NCBI GenBank assembly: GCA_011523305.1
Contig: WTHB01000177.1
Location: forward strand, 3,005-67,004
Source of the DNA: Planctomycetaceae bacterium
GTDB taxonomy: Bacteria > Planctomycetota > Planctomycetia > Pirellulales > UBA1268
DNA length: 64,000 bases
Reading direction: 5' to 3'
The translations under genes and the position numbers were made by a program. The notes under the pieces are model-generated. The model saw only the letters and a program-made list of their open reading frames with translations, searched no databases and had not been told where the DNA came from. Numbering within the stretch: the stretch's first letter is position 1; each line of letters opens with the position of its first letter. Of this stretch, positions 46,175 through 55,687 are shown piece after piece.

Positions 46175-47137
46175 ATGCCGAAAAAACCAGATACGACCAG
46201 CGATTCCACCCAACCGGCCAACGCCACCCCCTGGGGCGAGGCTCAGGGCCGCAGTTGTCCGATTCTCCCGGACACCATCCTCGGTAACGACGTCGCCTTG
46301 GTGGCCGAGAACATGGATGAGATCCTCCGGTCCCCCAGTTACAGCCTGCCCCAGCATGACCGGTCACTACTCGAGCGGACCGAAATGCGGGGCGTGCGGA
46401 TGCTTTTGGAACTCGGCAAGGCCGAACTCGCCTTTCAGGCCGACAACATCACCTCAACGATCATCGTCTTTGGTGGCACCCAGATCGTTGAGCGGAACGC
46501 TGCGGAACGACGGCTGTCGGAGGCCCGCCGCAATGCGGCCGCTGATCCGACCAACCCAAGTCTGGCCCGGGCCGTCGAGCGAAGCGAGCGGCTGGTCGGC
46601 CTGTCGCACTTCTATGACGAGGCCCGGGAATTTGCCCGACTGGTCTCGATCGACAACCAGTGCGATGAAGAGCGGGCCTACGTGGTGGTGACCGGCGGCG
46701 GTCCGGGCATCATGGAGGCAGCCAACCGGGGTGCCTTTGACGTTGGCTGCAAGTCAATTGGCCTCAACATCAAACTGCCCGCTGAGCAGCAGCCCAATCC
46801 GTTCATCACGCCGGAACTCTGCTTTCAGTTCAAGTATTTTGCGATGCGGAAGTTCCATTTCATTCTGCGGTCGGTGGGAGCCGTACTCTTTCCCGGCGGC
46901 TTCGGCACGCTCGACGAAATGTTCGAGACGCTCACCCTGCGGCAGACCCACCGCATGCAGCCGATCCCGATCATCCTGTTTGGCCGCGACTACTGGTCGC
47001 AGGTGGTCGACTTCCAGTTTCTGGCCGACTCCGGCGTGATTGCCGAGGAGCATCTCGACTTATTCGACTATGCCGAGACGCCCCTGGAAGCCTGGGAAAA
47101 AATCCTCGCCTTCCACGAACAGCGGCGGGAGCACTAG
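46175..47137 (+). CDS. LOG / TIGR00730-family Rossmann protein (nucleotide 5'-monophosphate nucleosidase-like) with N-terminal extension
   Basis: ORF 45920..47137 trimmed to the ATG at 46175, 4 nt after the preceding stop. Motifs VVTGGGPGIMEAANRGA and PGGFGTLDEMFE. Confidence 0.8.
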   Translation: MPKKPDTTSDSTQPANATPWGEAQGRSCPILPDTILGNDVALVAENMDEILRSPSYSLPQHDRSLLERTEMRGVRMLLELGKAELAFQADNITSTIIVFGGTQIVERNAAERRLSEARRNAAADPTNPSLARAVERSERLVGLSHFYDEAREFARLVSIDNQCDEERAYVVVTGGGPGIMEAANRGAFDVGCKSIGLNIKLPAEQQPNPFITPELCFQFKYFAMRKFHFILRSVGAVLFPGGFGTLDEMFETLTLRQTHRMQPIPIILFGRDYWSQVVDFQFLADSGVIAEEHLDLFDYAETPLEAWEKILAFHEQRREH

Positions 47138-47154
47138 CAGAAGGGCACCCTGGT

Positions 47155-48966
47155 TCAGCCTGTCCGCGGAGGCTTCGCCGGGGGCAGCGTGAGTGTGAAG
47201 GTGCTGCCTTGGCCAGGGTCACTGACGACCGTGATGGTGCCACCGTGGGCCTGCACGATGTGCTTGACGATCGAGAGCCCGAGGCCGGTTCCTCCCACCT
47301 GCCGGCTGCGGCCCCTGTCCACCCGATAGAACCGCTCAAACAGCCGTGGCAGATGCTCGGCCGCAATGCCACAGCCCGCATCATGCACACTGATTGCCAG
47401 CCCCGCCCCGCCTCCGGTCACCTGCGGCTCGGCAGCCTGCACCCGTATCGGCTGCTGACTGCCGCCATACTTGATGGCGTTGTCAATCAGATTGAGCACC
47501 GCCTGCTCCAGCAGCGGTGCGTTGATCTCGGCGGTGAGATCAGCCGGACAGTCGATCTCGATCGCCTGGCCTCGTTCTGTCGCTCGGGGCAGGCAGCTGG
47601 CCCGGGCCGACGCCAGTACCTCAGCCACCCAGACGGTTTCCAGTGGCAACGACCCAGCCTCTTCACTCTGCTCGATCCGGGAGAGCGCCAACAGGTCTTC
47701 GATGATCGCCTCCAGCCGATCGGCCTGCTTGGCCACGATCTTAAGAAACCGGCGGGCATCGGCCGGATCATCGACGGCTCCATCCTGCAGCGTTTCGACA
47801 AACCCCTTGATCGACGCGACCGGCGTCTTCAGTTCATGTGACACATTGGCAACGAAGTCTCGCCGGACCGTCTCCAGTCGCTCCAGTTCCGTCACGTCAT
47901 TGAGCACAATCACCGCCCCACCCTCACCGGACGGATCCCGGAGGGCGGTCCCCCGGCCATGAAAGATGCGGCTGACCGGATCGGCCAGCACGAAGTCATC
48001 TTCCACTGGCTCGCGGCAGTCGATTGCCTGGAGCACAAACCGGCGGATTTCCGGATTGCGAATCACCTCCTGCAGGGGCCGTCGGAGCACCGTCTCAATA
48101 TCAACCTGCAGCAGACTGGCTGCCGCCTGATTTATGCCGACAATCTGCTGGCGAACATCGACGGCCAGCACCCCCTCAATCATGCTGTCAAGCACCGCCT
48201 CCTGCTCCGTATCCCGGCGGTCGATTGTCAGCCCCCGTTCAACCAACTGCGTTCGCAGGGTCGTCACGCCATCCGCAATCCCTGCCAGTTCGCCAACGGC
48301 TGACGTGGGCAGTCGAACAGACTCCCCGGCAACTGCCTGCCGCACGCCGCGGGCGAGTTCACCCAGCGGCCGGGCCACGCGGTGGGCGATCATCCACCCC
48401 ACGAGAAGCATCAAGGCACCACCGGCAAGAAACCCCATCAGCAACCGCTGCAGGGCCGCATAGAGCACTCGATCACTGCCCTGAGTATCAGCTAACACTC
48501 GCAGCACACCGGTTGGCACCGCAGCCGGCCCGATTGGAACTGCCACCGCAAACATCCGGCTGCCACTGGCGACGTCATAGCGACTCAACCGCGCCGACCG
48601 GCCGGCAAGCGCTGCGGCCGAGAGCTGTTCATACTCCGGCCAGCGATCGTTCGGCTCGCCTGCGTTCGTATCCGGAGTCAACCCGGCCACCTGCCGGCCT
48701 TCCCGATCAAGCACCTCAACGGTCAGGCGGGAACGTTTGGTGAGCCCACGGGCAAGCCGCTCGAACTGCTCTCGCCCTGCGGGATCCTCTAGGTCGGGCA
48801 GGATCTCCGTGAGGCCGACCGCCGTATCGGTCAACTGCTGAAAGGCTGCTTCATCCGCCAACGCCGCCAGACCCAAAGACGCCAGCCAGTAGCAGGCAAT
48901 CATCAGGGTCACGCCTGCCCCAGCAGCCGTTCCAAAAAGATGCCAGGCAAACCGGTTTCTGGGCAT
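47155..48966 (-). CDS. Sensor histidine kinase (HAMP-PAS-HisKA-HATPase, PhoR-like)
   Basis: 603 aa with two TMs flanking a periplasmic domain. H-box SHELKTPVASIKGFVETL; N/G boxes LIDNAIKY and GGTGLGLSIVKHIV. Confidence 0.85.
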   Translation of the reverse strand: MPRNRFAWHLFGTAAGAGVTLMIACYWLASLGLAALADEAAFQQLTDTAVGLTEILPDLEDPAGREQFERLARGLTKRSRLTVEVLDREGRQVAGLTPDTNAGEPNDRWPEYEQLSAAALAGRSARLSRYDVASGSRMFAVAVPIGPAAVPTGVLRVLADTQGSDRVLYAALQRLLMGFLAGGALMLLVGWMIAHRVARPLGELARGVRQAVAGESVRLPTSAVGELAGIADGVTTLRTQLVERGLTIDRRDTEQEAVLDSMIEGVLAVDVRQQIVGINQAAASLLQVDIETVLRRPLQEVIRNPEIRRFVLQAIDCREPVEDDFVLADPVSRIFHGRGTALRDPSGEGGAVIVLNDVTELERLETVRRDFVANVSHELKTPVASIKGFVETLQDGAVDDPADARRFLKIVAKQADRLEAIIEDLLALSRIEQSEEAGSLPLETVWVAEVLASARASCLPRATERGQAIEIDCPADLTAEINAPLLEQAVLNLIDNAIKYGGSQQPIRVQAAEPQVTGGGAGLAISVHDAGCGIAAEHLPRLFERFYRVDRGRSRQVGGTGLGLSIVKHIVQAHGGTITVVSDPGQGSTFTLTLPPAKPPRTG

Positions 48967-48993
48967 GGCAAGAGGCGGTGAAGGACGGAGGGA

Positions 48994-49713
48994 TCACGCC
49001 CGGAACCGATAGCCAACACCTCGCACGGTCTCGATATTGCTACCAAAGGATCCAAGCTTCTTCCGGAGGCCAGCGACTTGGACGTCGACCGACCGCTCCG
49101 TGACAGGATAATCCTCTCCCTTCACCGCGTCGACGATCTGCGCTCGGGTGTAGGCCCAACCGGGCCGCTTGGCCAGAAATTGCAGCAGGGCAAACTCGGT
49201 GTAAGTCAGCGACACAGGCTCGCCGGCAACGGTCACCTCATGCCGGCCCGGGTGGATCACCAGTTCCCGAATCTCAATCGTCGTTTCCTGCTGGCTGCGG
49301 CGTTCAGCATCCTTCCGTCGCAGCAGCGATTTCACCCGAGCCGCCAGCACCCGGGGGCTGAAGGGTTTGGTGAGGTAGTCATCACTGCCCTGCTCAAGCC
49401 CGGCAATCACATCCCGCTCTTCGCTTTTGGCCGTGAGCATGATGATGGGAATGTCACGGGTTTTGGCCTCAGCCCGGAGGCGGCGGCAGACTTCCAGCCC
49501 ATCGATTCCCGGCAGCATCAGATCGAGCACAATCGCGTCCGGGGGCTGCTGGCGGGCCTCCCGCACCGCTTCCTCACCGCTGCCGACACAGGTCACGGTG
49601 TAGCCCTGCTTGGTCAGCGTGTAGCGAACGAGCTCCAGCAGGTCTTCCTCATCGTCAACCACCAGGATGCGATGGGCAAGCGGTGTCTCGGGCGTGACTG
49701 TCGAGGGTGCCAT
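48994..49713 (-). CDS. OmpR/PhoB-family response regulator
   Basis: ORF trimmed to the ATG at 49711-49713 (MAPSTVTPETPLAHRILVVDDEEDL). REC motifs DLMLPGIDG and LTAK. Winged-helix C-terminus (LTYTEFALLQFLA, VRGVGYRF). Confidence 0.9.
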   Translation of the reverse strand: MAPSTVTPETPLAHRILVVDDEEDLLELVRYTLTKQGYTVTCVGSGEEAVREARQQPPDAIVLDLMLPGIDGLEVCRRLRAEAKTRDIPIIMLTAKSEERDVIAGLEQGSDDYLTKPFSPRVLAARVKSLLRRKDAERRSQQETTIEIRELVIHPGRHEVTVAGEPVSLTYTEFALLQFLAKRPGWAYTRAQIVDAVKGEDYPVTERSVDVQVAGLRKKLGSFGSNIETVRGVGYRFRA

Positions 49714-49837
49714 GGGCTGCTGGATGCTGAAAACCACAAAACCGGGCCGATGGCCTCGGAGTCTAGAGACTGAGCCGGGGCTCCATTCGTTAGTTTTCGA
49801 TGAGCCGTCTGCTCGCCGAGCCCCCCCGGAGGGCCGC

Positions 49838-52800
49838 TTACGAAAACAGCATATCGACGTCGTCACTGGTCAGACCCGACAGAATGCCGGTGTCAGCCGT
49901 CACGATCGAATCGGCCAACTCTCGCTTCTGCTCCTGCAGGGCGACGATCTTCTCCTCGACCGTATCCCGGGCGATCAGCCGATAGGCAAACACGGGCCGG
50001 GTCTGCCCGATCCGGTGGGCTCGGTCAATCGCCTGCGCTTCGACGGCTGGGTTCCACCAGGGATCGAGGATGTAGACATAGTCTGCCGCCGTGAGATTCA
50101 GCCCCTGCCCGCCTGCCTTGAGGCTGACAAGGAACAGCCGGCAGTCCGGGTCTTCCTGAAACCGCTCCACCCGGCTTTGCCGGTCGGTGGTCTTCCCGTC
50201 GAGATACTCATAGACCTGCCCCCGGGCATCGAGCTGCCGGCGAAGAATGGCCAGGAAACTGGTGAACTGGCTGAAGACGAGCACCTTGTGGCCCTCATCG
50301 AGCACTTCACTGAGTTGCTCAAGCAGGGTGTCGAGTTTTGCAGCCGGCTCATCGATGCGACCGGCATCAATCAGGCCCGGATGGCAGGCTGCCTGCCGCA
50401 GCCGCAGCAGGGCCTCCAAGACCGCAATCCGACTGCGGCCGATGCCCTGCTGGCCAATACGAGTGGCCAGTTCATTCCGGTAATGCAGCCGCAGATCGTC
50501 ATAGGCCTTTCGCTGCTGCTCACCAAGTTCGCAGAAGAGTGTTTGCTCGGTCTTCTCGGGAAGATCGTCCAGCACCTGTGTCTTCGTCCGCCGCAGCAGG
50601 TAGGGTCGCACGGCGCGGGCAACCAATTCGGCACCGTTGCCCCGCCCCCCGGCCAGGAACCGCTTGAGCCGGGCTGCGGTACCGAGCTGACCCGGATTCA
50701 AGAATTCAAAAATGCTCCAGAGTTCACCAATGTGGTTCTCCACCGGTGTCCCCGTCAGCGCAAGTCGCTGGCGAGCCTTCAGCAGGCGACAGGCTTTGGC
50801 CGCCTGACTGCCGGCGTTCTTGATGGCCTGCGCCTCATCGAGGATGACATAGTCAAACTCCGTTTTGCGGTGCTGCACGATATCGCGGCGGAGTGTGCCA
50901 TACGTGGTCAGGATGAGGTCGTAGTCTGCAAACGAGTCGACCGATGACGACCGTTCCTGGCCGGTGTGGTTGAGCAACCGCAGCTGCGGCGCGAACCGGC
51001 GGGCCTCCTCCATCCAGTTGAAAATCAGGCTCTTGGGCACGATGACCAGTGACGGCCGCGACGCCAGGCCTGCCTCCTGCACCACGCTCTGCCGCCGCAA
51101 CACCAGCGCGAGGATCTGAATCGTTTTGCCCAACCCCATGTCATCGGCGAGACAGCCCCCCAGCCCCAGCCGCTCGAGGAACGTCAGCCAGCCAAGACCC
51201 TCTCGTTGATAGTGCCGGAGGGTGCCTTCGAAGCCCTCCGGCTCATGTTCGGCCTCGGGCCGACCCCCGCTGGCCAGTTCATCGCGAATCGCCGCAAAGG
51301 CATCGTCAACATGCGAATGCGGCATGCCGGCAAGCAACGCATCAAGCAGGGCCGCCTGCATCCGACCGTATCGCAGCCGACCATCTTTCTGTTCTGCGAG
51401 TGCCAGCAACGGCTCCAGTTGCGCGGCGAAGTCCGCCGGCAGAATGCCGCGCGACCCATCCTCGAGATCGACCGCCCGGTCACCGCGGGCCAGGGCCGTC
51501 AACAAGGCCGGCATGTCGGCCATCACCCCACCAAAATCGATCGACCCGGACAGTTCAAACCAGTCGATGCCGCTGGTGACATTCCAGGCCACACTGCCAG
51601 CCGGCCGGTACCGCCGTCCCGACACTTCAACCGCCCAGCCAACCGCCGCCAACTGAGAGACTGAGGCATCCAGCCTGGCTCGAGCGACCTCAACATGATG
51701 GGCAGGTGACTCTGCGGCTTCCGCCGATGCAGTCCGTGCTGGGCTGAACCCAAAGCGGGGCAGCGCCGCCAACGCCGCCCGCTCTGCGGGTCGGTTCCTG
51801 CGGACCAGCCTGCGGCGGGTGGCATCAGCAGCCCCACCCGCTGGATCGTCGGCAGCAATCAGGATGCCGCCATAGTCAAACCAGATCGTGCCACCGAGCT
51901 GCACCTTCGGCCGACTGCGTCGTGAACGCCGGCGGGGCTGCCCCACTGCCGCCTCAGGATCGACAGCCGCATCCTCGGCCGCGGTGCTGGCAGCATCATC
52001 GAGAACCAGTTTGGGCTGGGGGCGACCCGACTCAATCTGCCAGCCAGTCCACCCCGGCAGATCGAGCCGGGGCAGGTTGGCCAGCCCTGCCAGCCGTTCG
52101 ATCAGGCCATCGACCTGCGAGCCGGCCAGTTCAATCGCGCCCCGTCGGTCAAACTGCTCAAGCCATCCCTGCAGTCCAGTCGGCCCGTCCGCCGGAACAC
52201 TCGCCGGCTGATCGATCCCGTTGGGGTCGACCGCAAGGCGGGCCAGCCGGTCACCCATCACCACAAAGCCCGCCCGCAGCACGAGCCGCGGCGATGAGAG
52301 TGCCTTGCGCTCGCTACCCCGGACCAACACGCCGTTGAGGCTCGCCTTCTTCGGTCGGGCCAGCTTCCGTTTTCGCTCACCGGTCGCCAGGTCATCTTCC
52401 AGACAGGCCGCCAGCCCCGTGTCATCGCCGGGTTCAACCTGCAGGGAAAATTCCCAGGGGCGACCCGCGTCCCAGATCAGCGGCACCACCGTCTCGGGAG
52501 CCCGCCGGGGTTCCGGCTGCAGCAGCAGACGACCCTCACCACAGAGCATGGCCAGATCATGGGCAGCTGATTGACGGCTGAGAATGAAGCGGGCCATCGT
52601 CCGCTGTTCCAGGGGCACGCCGCCATGGTGAGTCTCATCCGCGGCGGTGCCGGCCAGCGCCGCCAGCACCCGCTGCTCGTCCGCATCGAACTGCTCAAAG
52701 GCCACGGCCTGCGGCCCAATGATGATCGGCTTGGGTCGCCCACAGGGCTGGCCAATCTCATCGATCGCCATCCGACAGGGCTCCACCACGACCACCTGCC

Positions 52801-53434
52801 GGTCAGCCGCAGCAGCATCGAGCAGGAACATCAGCATGCCCGTCGCTTTGCGGAGATCAGCCAGGGCGATGCCCGCCGTTCGGACCGCTGGCTCAACAAG
52901 TCGCCGCCGGGTCTCCAGTTCGGTTGCCCAGGCCGGCTGACGGGCTGTCCGCCGCACCTGCGGGTCACCGGAAGCCGGGCTGTTGAGGCGGGCGCCGCCA
53001 TGCCGCGACACTGTCTTCACGGCACGCGGGTCCGCAGTGGCTGCCGGACTGCTGACTGCAGCCTGTTCCACGTCAGGGGCTGGCTCGTCAGCGTCTGTCT
53101 CATCCGCCACCACATCGAGGGTGACTGGCGTCTGGTCGGCAATGCCAGCAAGCAGACCCCGACGATCAATCTCGAGCAGCACCGCTGCCACGAGGGCACA
53201 GGGTTTGCCCGCCCGTCCATCCTGACTGGTGCAGCGACTCTCCAGAATCATGCCACCCCGACGGTTCGCCGACAGTTCCAGCAACACCTCATGGTTGGTG
53301 CCATCATCATCGGCCAGCGTGGCCTGCACCTGGCCAACACGGGGGCAGATCACTTTCTCTGGAACCAGTTGACGAGCCCGCCTGCGGGTTCGGGCATCAA
53401 AGAGATGAAAGAGACGCTTCTCCAGTGTGGCCAT
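49838..53434 (-). CDS. SNF2-family helicase with ~640-aa uncharacterised N-terminal region
   Basis: The track start at 53440 is a TTG; the ATG is at 53432-53434. Helicase motifs LADDMGLGKT, ILDEAQAIKN, LTGTPVEN, then helicase-C (KVLVFSQF, SLKAGGQGLNLTAADYV, DPWWNPAVEAQAIDRAHRIGQ). Confidence 0.85.
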   Translation of the reverse strand: MATLEKRLFHLFDARTRRRARQLVPEKVICPRVGQVQATLADDDGTNHEVLLELSANRRGGMILESRCTSQDGRAGKPCALVAAVLLEIDRRGLLAGIADQTPVTLDVVADETDADEPAPDVEQAAVSSPAATADPRAVKTVSRHGGARLNSPASGDPQVRRTARQPAWATELETRRRLVEPAVRTAGIALADLRKATGMLMFLLDAAAADRQVVVVEPCRMAIDEIGQPCGRPKPIIIGPQAVAFEQFDADEQRVLAALAGTAADETHHGGVPLEQRTMARFILSRQSAAHDLAMLCGEGRLLLQPEPRRAPETVVPLIWDAGRPWEFSLQVEPGDDTGLAACLEDDLATGERKRKLARPKKASLNGVLVRGSERKALSSPRLVLRAGFVVMGDRLARLAVDPNGIDQPASVPADGPTGLQGWLEQFDRRGAIELAGSQVDGLIERLAGLANLPRLDLPGWTGWQIESGRPQPKLVLDDAASTAAEDAAVDPEAAVGQPRRRSRRSRPKVQLGGTIWFDYGGILIAADDPAGGAADATRRRLVRRNRPAERAALAALPRFGFSPARTASAEAAESPAHHVEVARARLDASVSQLAAVGWAVEVSGRRYRPAGSVAWNVTSGIDWFELSGSIDFGGVMADMPALLTALARGDRAVDLEDGSRGILPADFAAQLEPLLALAEQKDGRLRYGRMQAALLDALLAGMPHSHVDDAFAAIRDELASGGRPEAEHEPEGFEGTLRHYQREGLGWLTFLERLGLGGCLADDMGLGKTIQILALVLRRQSVVQEAGLASRPSLVIVPKSLIFNWMEEARRFAPQLRLLNHTGQERSSSVDSFADYDLILTTYGTLRRDIVQHRKTEFDYVILDEAQAIKNAGSQAAKACRLLKARQRLALTGTPVENHIGELWSIFEFLNPGQLGTAARLKRFLAGGRGNGAELVARAVRPYLLRRTKTQVLDDLPEKTEQTLFCELGEQQRKAYDDLRLHYRNELATRIGQQGIGRSRIAVLEALLRLRQAACHPGLIDAGRIDEPAAKLDTLLEQLSEVLDEGHKVLVFSQFTSFLAILRRQLDARGQVYEYLDGKTTDRQSRVERFQEDPDCRLFLVSLKAGGQGLNLTAADYVYILDPWWNPAVEAQAIDRAHRIGQTRPVFAYRLIARDTVEEKIVALQEQKRELADSIVTADTGILSGLTSDDVDMLFS

Positions 53435-53460
53435 GCGCAATCGTGTCGGGATGAGGATGG

Positions 53461-53476
53461 ATGAATCAATGAATCA
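53461..53476. repeat. Tandem ATGAATCA x2 (TGATTCAT x2 on the sense strand) upstream of the SNF2 gene
   Basis: Read directly: atgaatca atgaatca at 53461-53468 and 53469-53476, preceded by gatgaggatgg. Lies 27 nt upstream of the ATG at 53434. Confidence 0.85.
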
Positions 53477-53607
53477 ACGGGATCGCCCACACCAGTACCT
53501 CATTGATGCACTGCGCAGGCCAACCCGTAGTTGTACCCGATCTGGCTGTGGCCGCATCGATTTTTCGTGACGGCCACCGCGAGCACCCGCAGGACGCCCG
53601 CCTCGCC

Positions 53608-54657
53608 TCAGCCGACCGCCTTCACCGTGGCGATCAGTTCCAGCACATTCTCCACCGGCGTCTGCGGCAGAATGCCATGGCCGAGGTTCATGATGTGACC
53701 CGGGCGGCCGGCCGCTCGGGCGAGTACCTCGCGGGTTCGCTCCCGAACCACATCGGGCGTGGTGTGAAGGACCGCAGGGTCGAGATTGCCCTGCACCGCC
53801 CGGTCATAGCCCACCAGTTGCCAGGCCTCGTCGAGGTTGATCCGCCAGTCGACGCCGATCACCGAACCACCAGCCTCAGCGGCCACCGGCAGCAGCGCCG
53901 GGTTGCCGGCGGCAAAGTGGATGACCGGCCCACGGTTAGCCACTGCCTCCAGCACAGCCCGGCTGTGGGGCAGCACAAACTCGCGGTAGTGTTCCGGCCC
54001 CAGGCAGCCCACCCAGCTGTCAAAAACCTGCACCGCATCGGCTCCTGCATCAAACTGCGCCAGCAGATAGCGGCTGATCGTTCGAGCCAGTCGGCCCATC
54101 AGTTCATGCCAGGTGCCCGGATCGGTCAGCATCAGCCGTTTGGTGTGCAGCCAACTGCGGCTGGTGCCTCCTTCAATCGCATAGCCAAGCAGCGTGAAGG
54201 GGGCCCCGGCAAAACCGATCACCGGTAGGTCGGCCGCCAGGCCTGCCCGGGTAGCCCGCACCGTCTCGTAGACGAAGTTGAGTGAACTGACATCCTCCAA
54301 CTCGTGAAACCGCGACAGATCGTCGGCGGTCCGCACTGGGTTGTGGATGACCGGGCCTTCACCCTCGGCAAACTCAAGCGTGAGCCCCATCGGCTCGAGG
54401 ATCGGCAGGAGATCGCTGAAGATGATCGCGGCATCGACACCGAGTCGGTCAACGGTGGCCAGCATGACCTCCGCCGACAGAGCGGGGGACTTGCAGAGTT
54501 CCAGAAAGGTCACCCGGCTGCGAACCGCCTGATACTCCGGCAGGTACCGGCCCGCCTGCCGCATCAGCCAGACCGGTGGCCGGGGCACCGCTTCGCGGCG
54601 GCAGGCCCGCAGAAACAGGGAGTCGTGCACCGAGCCAGTGGGTGAGGCCGATGGCAT
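53608..54657 (-). CDS. hemE: Uroporphyrinogen decarboxylase
   Basis: PPVWLMRQAGRYLPEY, FSDLL and other hallmark HemE motifs. I chose the ATG at 54655-54657 by N-terminal length; alternative starts lie at 54690/54693, and the track start at 54813 is over-extended. Confidence 0.9.
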   Translation of the reverse strand: MPSASPTGSVHDSLFLRACRREAVPRPPVWLMRQAGRYLPEYQAVRSRVTFLELCKSPALSAEVMLATVDRLGVDAAIIFSDLLPILEPMGLTLEFAEGEGPVIHNPVRTADDLSRFHELEDVSSLNFVYETVRATRAGLAADLPVIGFAGAPFTLLGYAIEGGTSRSWLHTKRLMLTDPGTWHELMGRLARTISRYLLAQFDAGADAVQVFDSWVGCLGPEHYREFVLPHSRAVLEAVANRGPVIHFAAGNPALLPVAAEAGGSVIGVDWRINLDEAWQLVGYDRAVQGNLDPAVLHTTPDVVRERTREVLARAAGRPGHIMNLGHGILPQTPVENVLELIATVKAVG

Positions 54658-54790
54658 GGAATCAGCGGCGGATGGTGGAGGTGGCGACATCATCGCAAGT
54701 ATAGGCCGTTTTTCCCGCCCCTGCCGGGTCGTGGCCGACCGATCACGGGCTACACTTGAGAGGTTCCCGCTGCGCGTGCCCCTGAGTGTC

Positions 54791-55687
54791 ATGGCTGAGT
54801 TCATTTCCCGCATTTCCGTCGTCTGCTTCGCGGCCAGTTACAGCGTTGCCCTCGGCTTCGAGGTGACGCGGCTCTGGTTCCGGTCGAGCGTTCGTGGCGC
54901 GACGATGATCGGCTTCGTTGCGGCCGGTCTGATTGCGCAGACGCTTTACCTCGTCTGGCGGGCAGCCACGGTGACGGCCATTCCCCTTTCCAGTGGCTTT
55001 GACTGGTACCTGCTGGCCGCATGGGTGCTGGCCGCCGGCTCACTCTGGATGACAATTGCCAATCCCCGCACACCGGTTGGGCTGTTTGTCCTTCCGGTGG
55101 TCCTCGGCCTGATCGGGGCCGCTGAACTCTCCAGCCGCGAGCCCTTTCCCCAGAATCCGGCCACCCAGATCTGGGGTGCCATCCACGGCAGTTTCAATCT
55201 GGCAATGAGTGTGGCCGTGGTTCTCGGAGGCCTGGCCGGAGGCATGTGGCTGATTCAGGCTGGTCGCTTAGCCCGCAAGCAGGCTCCGCTGCAGGGCTTT
55301 CGGATGCCGAGCCTCGAGAAGCTTTCGCTCTGGTCAGCGCGGATGATCGTCGTTGCCGCCTGGGCCGGCGGCAGCGGGTTTCTCTCTGGCATCATCCTCA
55401 ATGCGGTCAACCGCCAGCGCGGACTCCTGGAGACCGTGCCCTGGACCGATCCCGTCGTGCTGCGGATGGGCATGCTCGTCCTCTGGCTAATCAGCGGTGT
55501 GGTCATCTCGCGGGCCGTTGCCCGGCAGGCCAACGGTCGGCGGGTCACGGCGGTCGTGTCTCTGGTGAGCCTCTGTCTGCTGACGGCCTCCATTCTCTGG
55601 GGTGTGTTCGGCAGCACTCGGCATGGGGTGCCCCCGCAGCAGGCGATGCCGACCACGGCAGCCGGTACCGACGGAGGTGCCGCATGA
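54791..55687 (+). CDS. Cytochrome-c-assembly-family membrane protein (HemX/YpjD/CcsA-like) preceding hemA
   Basis: ORF 54638..55687 trimmed to the ATG at 54791. About 8 TM segments. The stop overlaps the hemA start (ATGA at 55684-55687), as in hemA-hemX arrangements. The family call is tentative: I saw no WWD motif. Confidence 0.5.
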   Translation: MAEFISRISVVCFAASYSVALGFEVTRLWFRSSVRGATMIGFVAAGLIAQTLYLVWRAATVTAIPLSSGFDWYLLAAWVLAAGSLWMTIANPRTPVGLFVLPVVLGLIGAAELSSREPFPQNPATQIWGAIHGSFNLAMSVAVVLGGLAGGMWLIQAGRLARKQAPLQGFRMPSLEKLSLWSARMIVVAAWAGGSGFLSGIILNAVNRQRGLLETVPWTDPVVLRMGMLVLWLISGVVISRAVARQANGRRVTAVVSLVSLCLLTASILWGVFGSTRHGVPPQQAMPTTAAGTDGGAA

